Shown piece by piece: positions 24,985 to 34,514 of a DNA stretch of 44,031 nucleotides. Position numbers and translations under genes: made by a program. The stretch's first letter is position 1, and each line of letters begins with the position of its first letter. A model generated the notes under the pieces. The model was not told the origin of the DNA. It made no database searches and saw only the letters and a list, made by a program, of their open reading frames with translations. Where the stretch lies: contig JAZDOO010000224.1 in the NCBI GenBank assembly GCA_043798555.1, forward strand, positions 1-44,031, read 5' to 3'. Source of the stretch: Pseudomonadota bacterium (GTDB taxonomy: Bacteria; Desulfobacterota; WTBG01; JAGOGO01).

Positions 24985-26571
24985 TTACCTGGATATTTTC
25001 CCGGTCTTTACGTCATCAATGCATTCCGGAGTCCACCAGTAGTCGAAGGGGCCTCTCGGGTTCCCAACATAATCCTTCACTGGCTTTATGCCGTATTCTT
25101 CCCAGCGCGCATTCACATATTCCATGATTTCCGGAGCAGGGCGATTAAGCGGAGGGAACTTCAACGGGATGCCCTTGTTTACTCCTTCCGATCCCCAGAT
25201 CGGATTGGGTGCCCAATCATACGGCCTGGTGGCATCAATTAACATTCTGTCCATAAACCCCCGCTTTTCCGGTTCCACTGAGGGGTCAATCGAGAGCCCA
25301 TAGGTCTTAGGGTAAATATAGACATCTCTCCCCGGACTGCACCTGAAGGTTATTGCCCAATTCACCAATTCAGCATTCCAGGGGTCAATATCTTCGTCCA
25401 CCACGGTTATGTATTTAAAGCAGGTCCAGGCAATCGGGGTGGAGAAAAGCGCAAATGCTACCCGCTGGGCATGGCCAACGCAGGTAGGCTTGACGGATAC
25501 ATTAACGTTCATGGCAAATCCACCGGTTGGTATGCAGGCTGCATTACGTACTGATGGAACTCCAGATCGTTCTAACTGATCTAACACAAATGCGGTGATT
25601 GCGACCGACGACATTATATGACTCGCGTTGACGGGGTAACCTTCAACAGTCCCTTCGAAAATAGGGTCATCTCGATAAGTAATTGCCGAGACCCGAATCA
25701 CCGGCTTAGGTCCGGGCATACCTCCATAGAACCCGGTAAATTCACCGAACGGTCCCTCCACATGCTGATCTTTCGGATCAACGGTCCCTTCCACGATAAT
25801 CTCCGCATTGGCGGGAACGACGAGTGGCACGGTCTCACATTCTACCATCTCAATCGGTTTTCCGATAATGCCTCCAGCATAATCAAATTCGCAGTCACCC
25901 ACTGCAAGGGGAGAGGTAGATAAAAGGTTCTCAACCGGATGCATTCCAATTGCAATCGCTACCGGAAACTTCTCGCCTCGTTCAATCCATTTGTTGTACT
26001 GATACCCGACATGAGCCCGACCAGGTTCCATCAAAATAGTCATGCTCCGTTCATCTACTAACATCTGCCGATAGTTCCCGCAATTGATCCATCCCGTCTC
26101 CGGATCTTTGGATATAACCCCGGTCATGGTTCCGAAGTACCTGTTTCCATCCCGCTCATGCCAGTAGGGAACAGGAAACTTTGTAAGATCAGCCTTCTTG
26201 CCCAAGTCGATATTTTGCTTACACGGAGCCGATTTTTTGTCCACCAGTACCGGCTTTATGGGATTTCGCAAGCGCCTTCGATATTCGGCAATTAATTCGG
26301 ACGGGTAATTTCCTTTTTTGGGCATATCCATTGCCATTGCTAAACGAACGTAACTCTGGAGCGAACCGGTGAAAAGTTTATTCGGGCCTGGAGCCGGATA
26401 GTCCTTAATATTTTCAAAAAGAAAGGCAGGGGCAGTCTGTCCCATGGTATCCCACCCTCTCCGGGTAACCGCTGCAGCCTCATACTTCCAATCCACTTGT
26501 TTCTTAATTCTGCATAACTGACCTTCACTTTCGAGTAATTTTAACCATTCTCTCATATCTTTTACCGGCAT
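24985..26571 (-). CDS. UbiD-family (prFMN-dependent) decarboxylase/carboxylase
   Basis: Start refined to the ATG at 26571 (AAGGAGG RBS). The N-terminus MPVKDMREWLKLLESEGQLCRIKKQVD...PAFLFENIKDY parallels E. coli UbiD (LRDFLTLLEQQGELKRI...PALLFENPKGY). 528 aa. Confidence 0.9.
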   Translation of the reverse strand: MPVKDMREWLKLLESEGQLCRIKKQVDWKYEAAAVTRRGWDTMGQTAPAFLFENIKDYPAPGPNKLFTGSLQSYVRLAMAMDMPKKGNYPSELIAEYRRRLRNPIKPVLVDKKSAPCKQNIDLGKKADLTKFPVPYWHERDGNRYFGTMTGVISKDPETGWINCGNYRQMLVDERSMTILMEPGRAHVGYQYNKWIERGEKFPVAIAIGMHPVENLLSTSPLAVGDCEFDYAGGIIGKPIEMVECETVPLVVPANAEIIVEGTVDPKDQHVEGPFGEFTGFYGGMPGPKPVIRVSAITYRDDPIFEGTVEGYPVNASHIMSSVAITAFVLDQLERSGVPSVRNAACIPTGGFAMNVNVSVKPTCVGHAQRVAFALFSTPIAWTCFKYITVVDEDIDPWNAELVNWAITFRCSPGRDVYIYPKTYGLSIDPSVEPEKRGFMDRMLIDATRPYDWAPNPIWGSEGVNKGIPLKFPPLNRPAPEIMEYVNARWEEYGIKPVKDYVGNPRGPFDYWWTPECIDDVKTGKISR

Positions 26572-26888
26572 AGGTATAACCTCCTTTATTTCCACTTGAA
26601 CTATTATTATAAACTACTGGAATATTTTCATCGCTTATTCACCCTCGATCCTTTTTCTCACCTCCTTTTTTACTCTTTAGAATACTCATTCTTATTAGAG
26701 ACTAAACTCTATGCATCCCCCCTTTCTTGCATAGACGCATGTTTAAGACCACTACGAAGCTAAAACTGGTGCTCTTTTTTTGGTGAGTGATTATTGTTAC
26801 TATCAATCAATGATCATGGAGTTTGAGAGGGGGAAAACTCCCCCTCTTCTCTCGATATGTGATGAAGTAATAGCCTCCCCTACGCTTA

Positions 26889-28124
26889 CTATTTCATGAT
26901 ACGGCCGTAGCCATATTTCTTCAGCGTGGTGGTCGTAAATTTATCGGGCTGAACCCCGCCGAGCTTTTCCGTTTCTTCATTAATGGCGATTTTATAAAGC
27001 ACCGGAGTGCAGTGAGAATTCTGGACATCAACAGCATTGGCAAAGCTCCAGTTAAGCATCTTATATTCCGGATCGTAATGAGTATACTCGAAAAGAACTT
27101 TCCAGAGCTCTCCCTTTCGGTCATAACAATCCGCCTGAGGAGTGTCCCACCACTCGCCGTCGATAAACATGACCCTTTTGGTATAAGGGTGGCGTGGATT
27201 TTTGGGAATCCCTTCAACAACGTAAATATCCCTCAATTGGTAAGGCTGTTCTAAAACACACCAGCTGTTGGTGCCACCCCACTTGATCGGCCGTCCTTCA
27301 TCTATGGTGGCATATCTTTGAATATACATTTTCTGTTTCTTGACAAAATTCCAGTTCTGGTCTTCGACTTTGTCATTATAACAGTACATATCCTCAAGGG
27401 ACCAGTCACTTCCCAGAAGAGGGTCGCTTCGCTGGGCAGAGGCCATCCGCCGGATTCGTCGCACCGCGGGAATGTAAGCCCAGCTGTCGTCAATTTTCGC
27501 GGGGTCCATGTAGCGCTTGATAAGAAAAGCTACCCCGGCCACATCCAGCGGGTCGGAGAAAGCGAGCAATTCCTGCCAGCGGACCTTTTCAGGGTTCGGG
27601 ATGTCGGGCAGCACGGCTCGTCCCAGCCAGTAGAGCTGGTCGACTTTCATGCTGAGGACTCTCTCAATTTTGTTGTTTTTGCCTCGATACACCAGATCAA
27701 TGTATTCGTAGATCAGTTCATCGGGACGGAGACGGTATTCGACATTGTAACCGATTTTGTAACCAGCCTTGGGATCGTTGACATCGATGCTGGGAAAAGG
27801 GAGACCTCGGGTATACCCCTGAAAATAATTGGTTGATTGGTCCAGGGTCACCTGTGGCGAGTACTGAGCGGTGTACTCCTTGTATTTCGGATTATGCTCA
27901 AAGGTTTGAGCCTCCCCGACGGGGATCGTCATACCCTCATTAGCGACCATATGGTTAACCCCCGGGGAAAGGTATTCCTTCAAATTGTTCAGCTTCGAGG
28001 CGTCGATGGCATCTCCGGGATTAAGACCCGCATCATCTGCAGCCAGAGCATCGGATACCATGCCGGTTATCAGCAGAAAGGCTATAAAAAATAACCCAAT
28101 TATTCTCAGTTGCCTTTTTATCAT
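26889..28124 (-). CDS. DUF1329-family (LolA-like) periplasmic/outer-membrane-associated protein
   Basis: Signal peptide ...SDALA/ADD. C-terminal YTKRVMFIDGEWWDTPQADCYDRKGELWKV matches the characteristic Y-x-KR-x-x-x-ID...D-x-YD-x-x-G-x-LWK block. Paired with DUF1302. Confidence 0.75.
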   Translation of the reverse strand: MIKRQLRIIGLFFIAFLLITGMVSDALAADDAGLNPGDAIDASKLNNLKEYLSPGVNHMVANEGMTIPVGEAQTFEHNPKYKEYTAQYSPQVTLDQSTNYFQGYTRGLPFPSIDVNDPKAGYKIGYNVEYRLRPDELIYEYIDLVYRGKNNKIERVLSMKVDQLYWLGRAVLPDIPNPEKVRWQELLAFSDPLDVAGVAFLIKRYMDPAKIDDSWAYIPAVRRIRRMASAQRSDPLLGSDWSLEDMYCYNDKVEDQNWNFVKKQKMYIQRYATIDEGRPIKWGGTNSWCVLEQPYQLRDIYVVEGIPKNPRHPYTKRVMFIDGEWWDTPQADCYDRKGELWKVLFEYTHYDPEYKMLNWSFANAVDVQNSHCTPVLYKIAINEETEKLGGVQPDKFTTTTLKKYGYGRIMK

Positions 28125-28184
28125 GATGGTTTACCTCCTCTTGAAAAATAGAATGTTTGATCTGTTGATTGCTAAACACTCTCC

Positions 28185-28215
28185 GCAGAATTTCTATCAG
28201 TGTGAGAAATTCTGC
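28185..28215 (-). promoter_or_regulatory. Intercistronic stem-loop between the DUF1302 and DUF1329 genes
   Basis: Perfect 10-bp stem GCAGAATTTC / GAAATTCTGC with an 11-nt loop. Confidence 0.5.
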
Positions 28216-28230
28216 ATGACAAAACGCTAC

Positions 28231-29853
28231 CTAAAATTGATATTGAATGTTGAAATAGAGTTCGTCGTTATGTCGCGCTGAACATATGAGACCCCCTAAA
28301 CTGCTTGTATCCCGGACTAAATTTCTCTCTCTTCCCCAGATGAGATTTGATCCCACCTTGTAAATCCAGTGATTGCCGTGGATGTACTGGAGGGAAAGCA
28401 AGGCCAGCCCTGCATTTGAAGTGAAGTCGTACGCAAACCCCCAAAACGGACGGAGTCGTCCGTTCACATAGTCGGTCCAGCCAACAAATGAGGCCACAAA
28501 TTCAGTAGACTGCACCGGGTAAGGGCCGTCCATAATCCGAATCCCATCCCGGTTCAGGATATGGGTTCCGAACAGCTGAGCGGTGAGAAAGAAGCTCTGC
28601 ATGGGGTTGAGGAGCCGTATCCAGGTGGGGCGGTCCCAGCCGATAACGTATCGGATAACGTCCCGATCCAAGGTACTATCAAGATTACCACCCGGGGCGA
28701 AGACCTCCGCAGCGTAATTATTAAAATCTCCGGGCTTAACATTAGCGGCATCTCGTATGCCGAGGGCGTTGATCGCGTCAATCGTATGGGGTCTCCCCTT
28801 GATAAAAAGAAATTCCGTCCTCAAAATGGACTTGGTAAACCGGCTTTCATCGTATTCGGCAGTGAACCCGATCCACTGGGCCCGGGGATATTCCCGAAGA
28901 ATAAGGGATTCGTCAACTACCCCGGTTGCAAACAAGTTTAGAAACATGTCTCTGAGATTGAGCACAAAACTATCCACCGGGGCATTGAAATAATTGAGAG
29001 TGAAATTGACATGCCCGGTGGTAGCCTCAAATCTAAAGCCCCATTCGAAATTGTCCTTGCCGTAATGACGGTTCTGTCTCTGCCAGTGATGCATGCCCGG
29101 TTCGGGAATCACATTCCAGGGCAGTCCCTCGTAGCCCAGGTAGTCCCCGGTGAAATCTCCCGGGTTAAAGACGAATTCAAAAGCTACGTCAGCGAGGGGA
29201 CCGACGTCACCAATATCATAAATGCCTTGCATAATGTGGAGGGGAATGCGGGTTTCTTCGACACCCTCAAAGATGAAATGCCAGCTAAAGTCCTGGGGAT
29301 TGATAACATCTGCCAGTCGAAAGAGGTCTGATCGCCCCCAGGTGACGATCTGTTTCCCCAGTCTCAGGTTCAATCTTCCGATATCAAAGGCTACAAGGTA
29401 TTCTTTAAACCAGGCCCAGGTGTTGTGGTATCCTTTCCAGGAATAGTCATCTCGATCACCATGGTGTAAGCCTGCTCCAGGCCGGGTCAGAAAGCCAGTT
29501 TGTTTATCTGGCCTATAATTGGGGAACATAACGCCGCCCCAGGTCTTGTTGTCCGAATACATATCAAAGGCGGCATCGTAGAAAGGCTCAAGCGTGCCAA
29601 AAAAGGTCACGTTTCTCAGGTAGCCGATTCGATCGGCAACATTCGCCAGCATCTCCAGACGTAAGGTAGTACGGTTTTGAATGTGCTCGAAATCTCTCTG
29701 AAGATTATCAATGCGAAAGACTTGCTGGTTCCTTAGGTACCCCTTAATTTCAATTCGATCGCACGCTAACTTAAACGCCTTGGTTTCTGATCCAAAGGCA
29801 ACAATGAGAAATAAAGACAAAATTCCGATTAAAAACAATTTTTTTCTTTTCAT
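28231..29853 (-). CDS. DUF1302-family outer-membrane beta-barrel protein
   Basis: Start refined to the ATG at 29853 (GGAGGAG RBS). Signal peptide MKRKKLFLIGILSLFLIVAFGSETKA. Aromatic-rich with a C-terminal ...NIQYQF (terminal Phe, OMP-like). Upstream partner of DUF1329. Confidence 0.7.
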   Translation of the reverse strand: MKRKKLFLIGILSLFLIVAFGSETKAFKLACDRIEIKGYLRNQQVFRIDNLQRDFEHIQNRTTLRLEMLANVADRIGYLRNVTFFGTLEPFYDAAFDMYSDNKTWGGVMFPNYRPDKQTGFLTRPGAGLHHGDRDDYSWKGYHNTWAWFKEYLVAFDIGRLNLRLGKQIVTWGRSDLFRLADVINPQDFSWHFIFEGVEETRIPLHIMQGIYDIGDVGPLADVAFEFVFNPGDFTGDYLGYEGLPWNVIPEPGMHHWQRQNRHYGKDNFEWGFRFEATTGHVNFTLNYFNAPVDSFVLNLRDMFLNLFATGVVDESLILREYPRAQWIGFTAEYDESRFTKSILRTEFLFIKGRPHTIDAINALGIRDAANVKPGDFNNYAAEVFAPGGNLDSTLDRDVIRYVIGWDRPTWIRLLNPMQSFFLTAQLFGTHILNRDGIRIMDGPYPVQSTEFVASFVGWTDYVNGRLRPFWGFAYDFTSNAGLALLSLQYIHGNHWIYKVGSNLIWGRERNLVRDTSSLGGLICSARHNDELYFNIQYQF

Positions 29854-29981
29854 AGCACTCCTCCTTCTGGCAAGTACCTTCATTAATAATGAAAAACTAT
29901 CCTTTTCTTTTTCGTTATCCCCTCCTTTCATCCGGTAATGGTAAATAAATTTCACTCTGAAACCACCTTATTCTTCCTTCC

Positions 29982-30632
29982 TTAATGGGAAGAAACTTCC
30001 TTAATGGGAAGAAACTTAATCGCTTTCATTTCTCCTTGAACTACTCCATAAAAAACGGAAATAATGATAATGTCTACCAGTTGCTCTAAAGATAGGCGCC
30101 CATCTTCCCTAAACCAACGATAGGCCCAATTTATCATTCCGAGTATCATGAAGGTTACAATTGAACATTCTTTTGTTTTAAGAAGGTCTCTTTCTCCTAT
30201 AATTTTGAGTTGATAGTAATAAAGGTTATAAATTTTCTGGTTAAGGAACGTTATTCGTTCCGCTAATTTTCCTGATAAATTGTATCCTTCTTCAATAAAA
30301 ACTTTATGTTTTTTTCTTTTCTTTATCACCAGGTAAAGGTGGCGATACACCATATTGGCAAGTTTGTCCAAAGGGTCATCCACCTGATTTATTACTGTCT
30401 CCAACGCATTAATTACTTCTAACCCACTTGATTCGATGACTTCAAAAAGGAGGTGCTCTTTGTTCTTAAAATAATAATAAATAGAAGGATTGGGTATATT
30501 AAGCCTTCCGGTGACATCTCTAATAGATGTCCTCCCATATCCGAATTCATAAAACAAGTTTGTCGCTTCTTCTATTATAGCTTCTTTTGTGTTTTTTTTA
30601 GGGCTTACTTTATTGATTGCAGCTTCTTCCAT
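29982..30632 (-). CDS. TetR/AcrR-family transcriptional regulator
   Basis: N-terminal HTH: IIEEATNLFYEFGYGRTSIRDVTGRLNIPNPSIYYYFKNKEHLL. 216 aa. Divergent from the transporter/CoA-ligase operon. Confidence 0.9.
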   Translation of the reverse strand: MEEAAINKVSPKKNTKEAIIEEATNLFYEFGYGRTSIRDVTGRLNIPNPSIYYYFKNKEHLLFEVIESSGLEVINALETVINQVDDPLDKLANMVYRHLYLVIKKRKKHKVFIEEGYNLSGKLAERITFLNQKIYNLYYYQLKIIGERDLLKTKECSIVTFMILGMINWAYRWFREDGRLSLEQLVDIIIISVFYGVVQGEMKAIKFLPIKEVSSH

Positions 30633-30737
30633 TTCCCAATTGTTCTTCTTTCAGATACAGTTCATTTTTAACACATCATACCAATCCAAAGCAAAACAAA
30701 TCAGAAATTTTTAACAAAGTATTCTCTCAAAGTTTTT

Positions 30738-30753
30738 ATTAACGTTCGCTAAA
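30738..30753. promoter_or_regulatory. Dyad-symmetric 16-mer (candidate TetR operator, tetR-proximal copy)
   Basis: ATTAACGTTCGCTAAA. Bases 30739-30753 are the exact reverse complement of 30979-30993. Internal symmetry TTTAnCGnnCGnTAAA. Confidence 0.55.
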
Positions 30754-30926
30754 ATTTATATTTTAAATTGTCGGTGTTGTCAAGAAAAAAATCACTTTTG
30801 TCAATTTTGAGTAGCTCTGGAAAATGGGAGGTAAATAATCAAAGTTTATTTTTGTGGTATCTTCGGGTTGAAATCTTTCGAATAGTTTGAGGGCTGAGAT
30901 TTTTTTTGTTACTCCACATTTAAAGC

Positions 30927-30955
30927 TTGACAAACAAAAATTGTTGTTGTTAATA
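30927..30955 (+). promoter_or_regulatory. Candidate sigma70-type promoter for the 31052-> operon
   Basis: TTGACA (30927-30932), 17-nt spacer, TTAATA (30950-30955). Overlapped by the TTGTTAATAA repeats. Confidence 0.45.
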
Positions 30956-30978
30956 ATTGTTAATAAATTGTTAATAAA
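30947..30978. repeat. Three tandem copies of TTGTTAATAA(A)
   Basis: Copies at 30947-30956, 30957-30967 and 30968-30978, preceded by TTGTTG. They lie between the putative -10 and the operator-like 16-mer. Confidence 0.8.
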
Positions 30979-30994
30979 TTTAGCGAACGTTAAA
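30979..30994. promoter_or_regulatory. Dyad-symmetric 16-mer (candidate TetR operator, operon-proximal copy)
   Basis: TTTAGCGAACGTTAAA, 58 nt upstream of the ATG at 31052. Inverted copy of 30738-30753. Confidence 0.55.
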
Positions 30995-31051
30995 TAAATC
31001 AGTCTTGCCTTTAAACCTCAATCATCTATCTTCCTATTTGGACAAAAAGTT

Positions 31052-32122
31052 ATGAGCACAAGCAATTTAAGAAACTTATTGTATTCTTTTTTCCGCTTAA
31101 GGGAGGAGTTATCTCGAAATAGTTACTTTCTCTTTATCTGCCTCAGCTTTCTTTTTTTGGGTTCGGGAGGCTGTATAAAACACTCGGTGGAAATTGAGGA
31201 AAGGACTTCGGCAATCCATTACAACGACCGGTTTTATGATATTTCGGTAGTGGATCAAAGTAACATTTGGGTTGTGGGGTTCTACGGCAAGATCATTCAT
31301 TCTAAAGACCAGGGGAAAACGTGGTCTATTCAAAAGAGCGGTACTAAAAATGCCCTCACTGGGGTCAGCTTTGCTAATCTTTCCGATGGGTGGATAACGA
31401 CGCTCACCGGAAAAATTCTCCATACTTCAGATGGGGGTGAAACGTGGCAGCTTCAGGAAAGCGGAACCGAGAATGCACTTATGGATGTGGAGTTTTTAGA
31501 TAAATCCCACGGATGGGTTGTGGGCGCTAACAATACTGTTTTAAAAACGGAGAATGGTGGAAAAGAATGGGAAACTTTTAATCCCCCTGCTGAGGTCATT
31601 GAAGATGCAACGGAAGGCATCATTGATACTGAAGAAGCAATCCTCAATGCAATCCATTTCTTAGATCTCATGAATGGTTGGGCGGTGGGAGAATATGGGA
31701 TGGTATATCGAACCAATGACGGAGGGATAACCTGGGTTAAGAAGAATGCTGGAATTACTTTTGGAGACTATCTGTTTGACGTCCATTTTGCCACCCCTGA
31801 AAAAGGTTGGATCGTTGGCATCGGCGGGAGAATCTTTAGAACCGATGACGGTGGAGAACACTGGACTCCTTTTACCTCTCCTACGGAGAACGCATTATAT
31901 ACTATCAGTTCTACCAACGGTCAGGTCTTAGCTGCAGGCACAAAAGGAACTCTGTTAATGTGCAATAGTAACGAGTGGAAACATTGTGACAGCCATTTAC
32001 CCTCCTTAAGCTGGTTTCGGAGCATCAAATTCATCAATGAAAATAGCGGATGGATTGTGGGAGGGACGGGTACCATCCTTAGGACTACTAACGGGGGAAA
32101 AGAATGGGTGGCAATGAAGTAA
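31052..32122 (+). CDS. Ycf48-like / BNR (Asp-box) beta-propeller lipoprotein
   Basis: Lipobox LGSGG/C. Six Asp-box-like repeats (SKDQGKTW, TSDGGETW, TENGGKEW, TNDGGITW, TDDGGEHW, TTNGGKEW). Confidence 0.85.
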   Translation: MSTSNLRNLLYSFFRLREELSRNSYFLFICLSFLFLGSGGCIKHSVEIEERTSAIHYNDRFYDISVVDQSNIWVVGFYGKIIHSKDQGKTWSIQKSGTKNALTGVSFANLSDGWITTLTGKILHTSDGGETWQLQESGTENALMDVEFLDKSHGWVVGANNTVLKTENGGKEWETFNPPAEVIEDATEGIIDTEEAILNAIHFLDLMNGWAVGEYGMVYRTNDGGITWVKKNAGITFGDYLFDVHFATPEKGWIVGIGGRIFRTDDGGEHWTPFTSPTENALYTISSTNGQVLAAGTKGTLLMCNSNEWKHCDSHLPSLSWFRSIKFINENSGWIVGGTGTILRTTNGGKEWVAMK

Positions 32123-32171
32123 GTCTGAAATTCAGCCAATACTAATCCTAACCACATGAATTAATACACAT

Positions 32172-34514
32172 ATGGACACGTTAAACAAAAAAATTGCCGG
32201 GTTTATTATCGGAAGGCGAAAATGGATTATTGCGGTTATGATAGTGGTAACCATTTTTTTTGGTTACCATATTAGCAGGGTGGAGATGTTCACAGAATTC
32301 TCTGACCTGCTGCCTCAGAAGCATCCTTATATTAAAATTCATAATCGTTTTCAGAAGGAATTTGGGGGGGCAAATGTCATTACCATCGCCATTGAGGTTA
32401 AAAATGGCACCATATTTAATAAGGAAACCCTGGCGAAACTGATTCGGCTAACCGACAATGTTGATTTACTCCCGGGAGTGAATCATTATCAGGTAGCATC
32501 ATTAGCGCACCGGAAGGTGCGCTACACTGAAGCTACGCCTGACGGAGGTCTGGTAGTTAAGCAGTTTCTTGAAGAAGTACCTCAAACCCAGAAGCAAATT
32601 GAGGTGCTCAAAAATTTAGTCCATACCAACGACCAGGTCTATGGAAAATTTGTCTCCTTAGATGACAAGGCTGCTCTCATCACTGCAGGATTTATCGAAG
32701 GGAGAATTGACTACAAAAATCTTTTTCTTAAGATAAAAAAGCTCCTTGATGCGGAAAAAGATGAAAACACGGAAATCTACGCCGGTGGATATCCAATGCT
32801 GGTGGGTTGGGTATACTACTATGCAGGAGAGACGTTTTTCATTTTTGGTATTACCGCACTCGTTATGATTCTGCTCCTCTTATTCTATTTTAGAAGCGTC
32901 GAAGGGGTTATCATCCCCATAATTGCTGCTATTATCAGCGGGATTTGGGGGCTGGGGTTTGTCGGAATTCTTGGGTACAACCTCGATCCTCTCGTCCTGG
33001 TCGTTCCTCTATTGATCACTGCCCGGGCCATCAGCCACTCGGTGCAGATGGTAGAGCGCTATCTGGAAGAAGTTCATGTACTTAAAAACGTTAAAGAGGC
33101 AGCCACCAAGGCCGTGGAAGAGTTATTTCTTCCTGGTATCTTAGGGATCGTCACCGATTCCGCCGGCATTTTTGTAATTGCAGTGGGCACCATCCCCCAG
33201 ATGGTGAAGTTAGCGCACTTCTGTTCTTTTTGGGCGGTGACGATCATTTTTTCAGTGTTAATCCTCACTCCGATTCTGCTTTCGTATTTTCCCGCACCGA
33301 AAAAGATTGGGCGTAAGGGCCCCACCGATGCTTTAGTATATCATGTAGCCGGATGGTCCTTTGGATACAAAAAATGGATTGCTTTGGGGGTTACTGCAGT
33401 TCTCATCACCCTTGGTTTTTACTATTCGTCGGGCATCGTGGTGGGAGACGCCCGCCCTGGGTCTCCAATCCTCTGGCCCGATAGTGAATTCAATGTTAGC
33501 GAGAAACAAATAAACAAAAATTTCCCCGGTTCAAATATTTTGATCGTGGTTTTGGAGGGAGATAAGCCCGATACCCTCAAACGGCCCGAGGTGTTGCAAA
33601 AGATGTTAGACTTCGCTCGCTACATGGAAACCAACCCTAATGTGGGAGGGTCATTGTCTTTGGTAGACATCCTTTTGGGGGTTACCCGGGTTTTTCATAA
33701 CGATGATCCCCGGTGGGCAATGATAGACCCTGACCCGATTATTGTTGGAAATTATCTTTTTCTTTATACTGCCGGAGCACCGGTGCCCAATATTTTAGGA
33801 CCTTATACCAGTTATGACTTCCGGAATGCTAATATTGCCTTTTATTATAAAGACCATAAGGGAGACACTATTCGTCAAGCCATAGCCCAGGCAAAAAAGT
33901 TCATCAACGAAAACCCCATCCAAGGAGCCCAATTTAAACTGGCAGGGGGACTCATAGGAACCGTGGCAGCAGTAAATGAGGAAATCACCTATTCTAACAA
34001 CATGACCATCCTGCTTATTTTTATTATAATTTATCTTTTTGTGGCGATAAGTTACCGTTCTTTTGTCGCCGGATTTCTTATTGTAATTCCGCTTGCTTTA
34101 GCTAATGTTCTCACTGCCGCTTACATGGCCATAAACAAGATTGGGCTCAACATCAACACCCTTCCGGTAGCATCCCTCGGGGTAGGGGTGGGAGTGGATT
34201 ACTCAATCTATATCATTGATCGCATTAAACAAGAATATCGAAGGCTTGGGAATGTGGAGAATGCAATTCATTTGGCAGTAAATACCACGGGAAAAGCGGT
34301 GAGCTTCACGGCTACGACCTTAGTGGGAGGAATCATTTTATGGTACTTCCTTTCCAACCTCAGGTTCCAGGCAGAGATGAGTATCTTACTCTCCTTATTA
34401 ATGATTATCAATATGCTGGGCGCCATGATTTTGGTCCCAGTTCTGTTTTCTATAATAAAGCCGAAGTTCATCCAACGCCTTACGAACGAGAGGGAAAAGA
34501 ATACACCCATTTAA
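32172..34514 (+). CDS. RND-superfamily (MMPL/HpnN-like) inner-membrane transporter
   Basis: 780 aa. Two-fold architecture: TM1, a large soluble loop and a 5-TM bundle, repeated twice. Genomic partner of DUF1302/DUF1329/BNR genes. Confidence 0.85.
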   Translation: MDTLNKKIAGFIIGRRKWIIAVMIVVTIFFGYHISRVEMFTEFSDLLPQKHPYIKIHNRFQKEFGGANVITIAIEVKNGTIFNKETLAKLIRLTDNVDLLPGVNHYQVASLAHRKVRYTEATPDGGLVVKQFLEEVPQTQKQIEVLKNLVHTNDQVYGKFVSLDDKAALITAGFIEGRIDYKNLFLKIKKLLDAEKDENTEIYAGGYPMLVGWVYYYAGETFFIFGITALVMILLLLFYFRSVEGVIIPIIAAIISGIWGLGFVGILGYNLDPLVLVVPLLITARAISHSVQMVERYLEEVHVLKNVKEAATKAVEELFLPGILGIVTDSAGIFVIAVGTIPQMVKLAHFCSFWAVTIIFSVLILTPILLSYFPAPKKIGRKGPTDALVYHVAGWSFGYKKWIALGVTAVLITLGFYYSSGIVVGDARPGSPILWPDSEFNVSEKQINKNFPGSNILIVVLEGDKPDTLKRPEVLQKMLDFARYMETNPNVGGSLSLVDILLGVTRVFHNDDPRWAMIDPDPIIVGNYLFLYTAGAPVPNILGPYTSYDFRNANIAFYYKDHKGDTIRQAIAQAKKFINENPIQGAQFKLAGGLIGTVAAVNEEITYSNNMTILLIFIIIYLFVAISYRSFVAGFLIVIPLALANVLTAAYMAINKIGLNINTLPVASLGVGVGVDYSIYIIDRIKQEYRRLGNVENAIHLAVNTTGKAVSFTATTLVGGIILWYFLSNLRFQAEMSILLSLLMIINMLGAMILVPVLFSIIKPKFIQRLTNEREKNTPI

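Noticed and set aside
30941-30978. Short tandem repeats considered as a possible CRISPR-like or minisatellite array.
   Set aside because: The units are 10-11 bp, contiguous and without spacers, and lie in a promoter region. No cas genes are present. They are treated as regulatory repeats.
30633-31051. Looked for a sigma-54 (-24 TGGCAC / -12 TTGC) promoter, common in anaerobic aromatic clusters; TGGTATCTTCGGGTTGA near 30867 was the nearest candidate.
   Set aside because: The spacing between the GG and the TTG is two nucleotides too long and the -24 element is poor. No enhancer-binding protein gene is present in the window.
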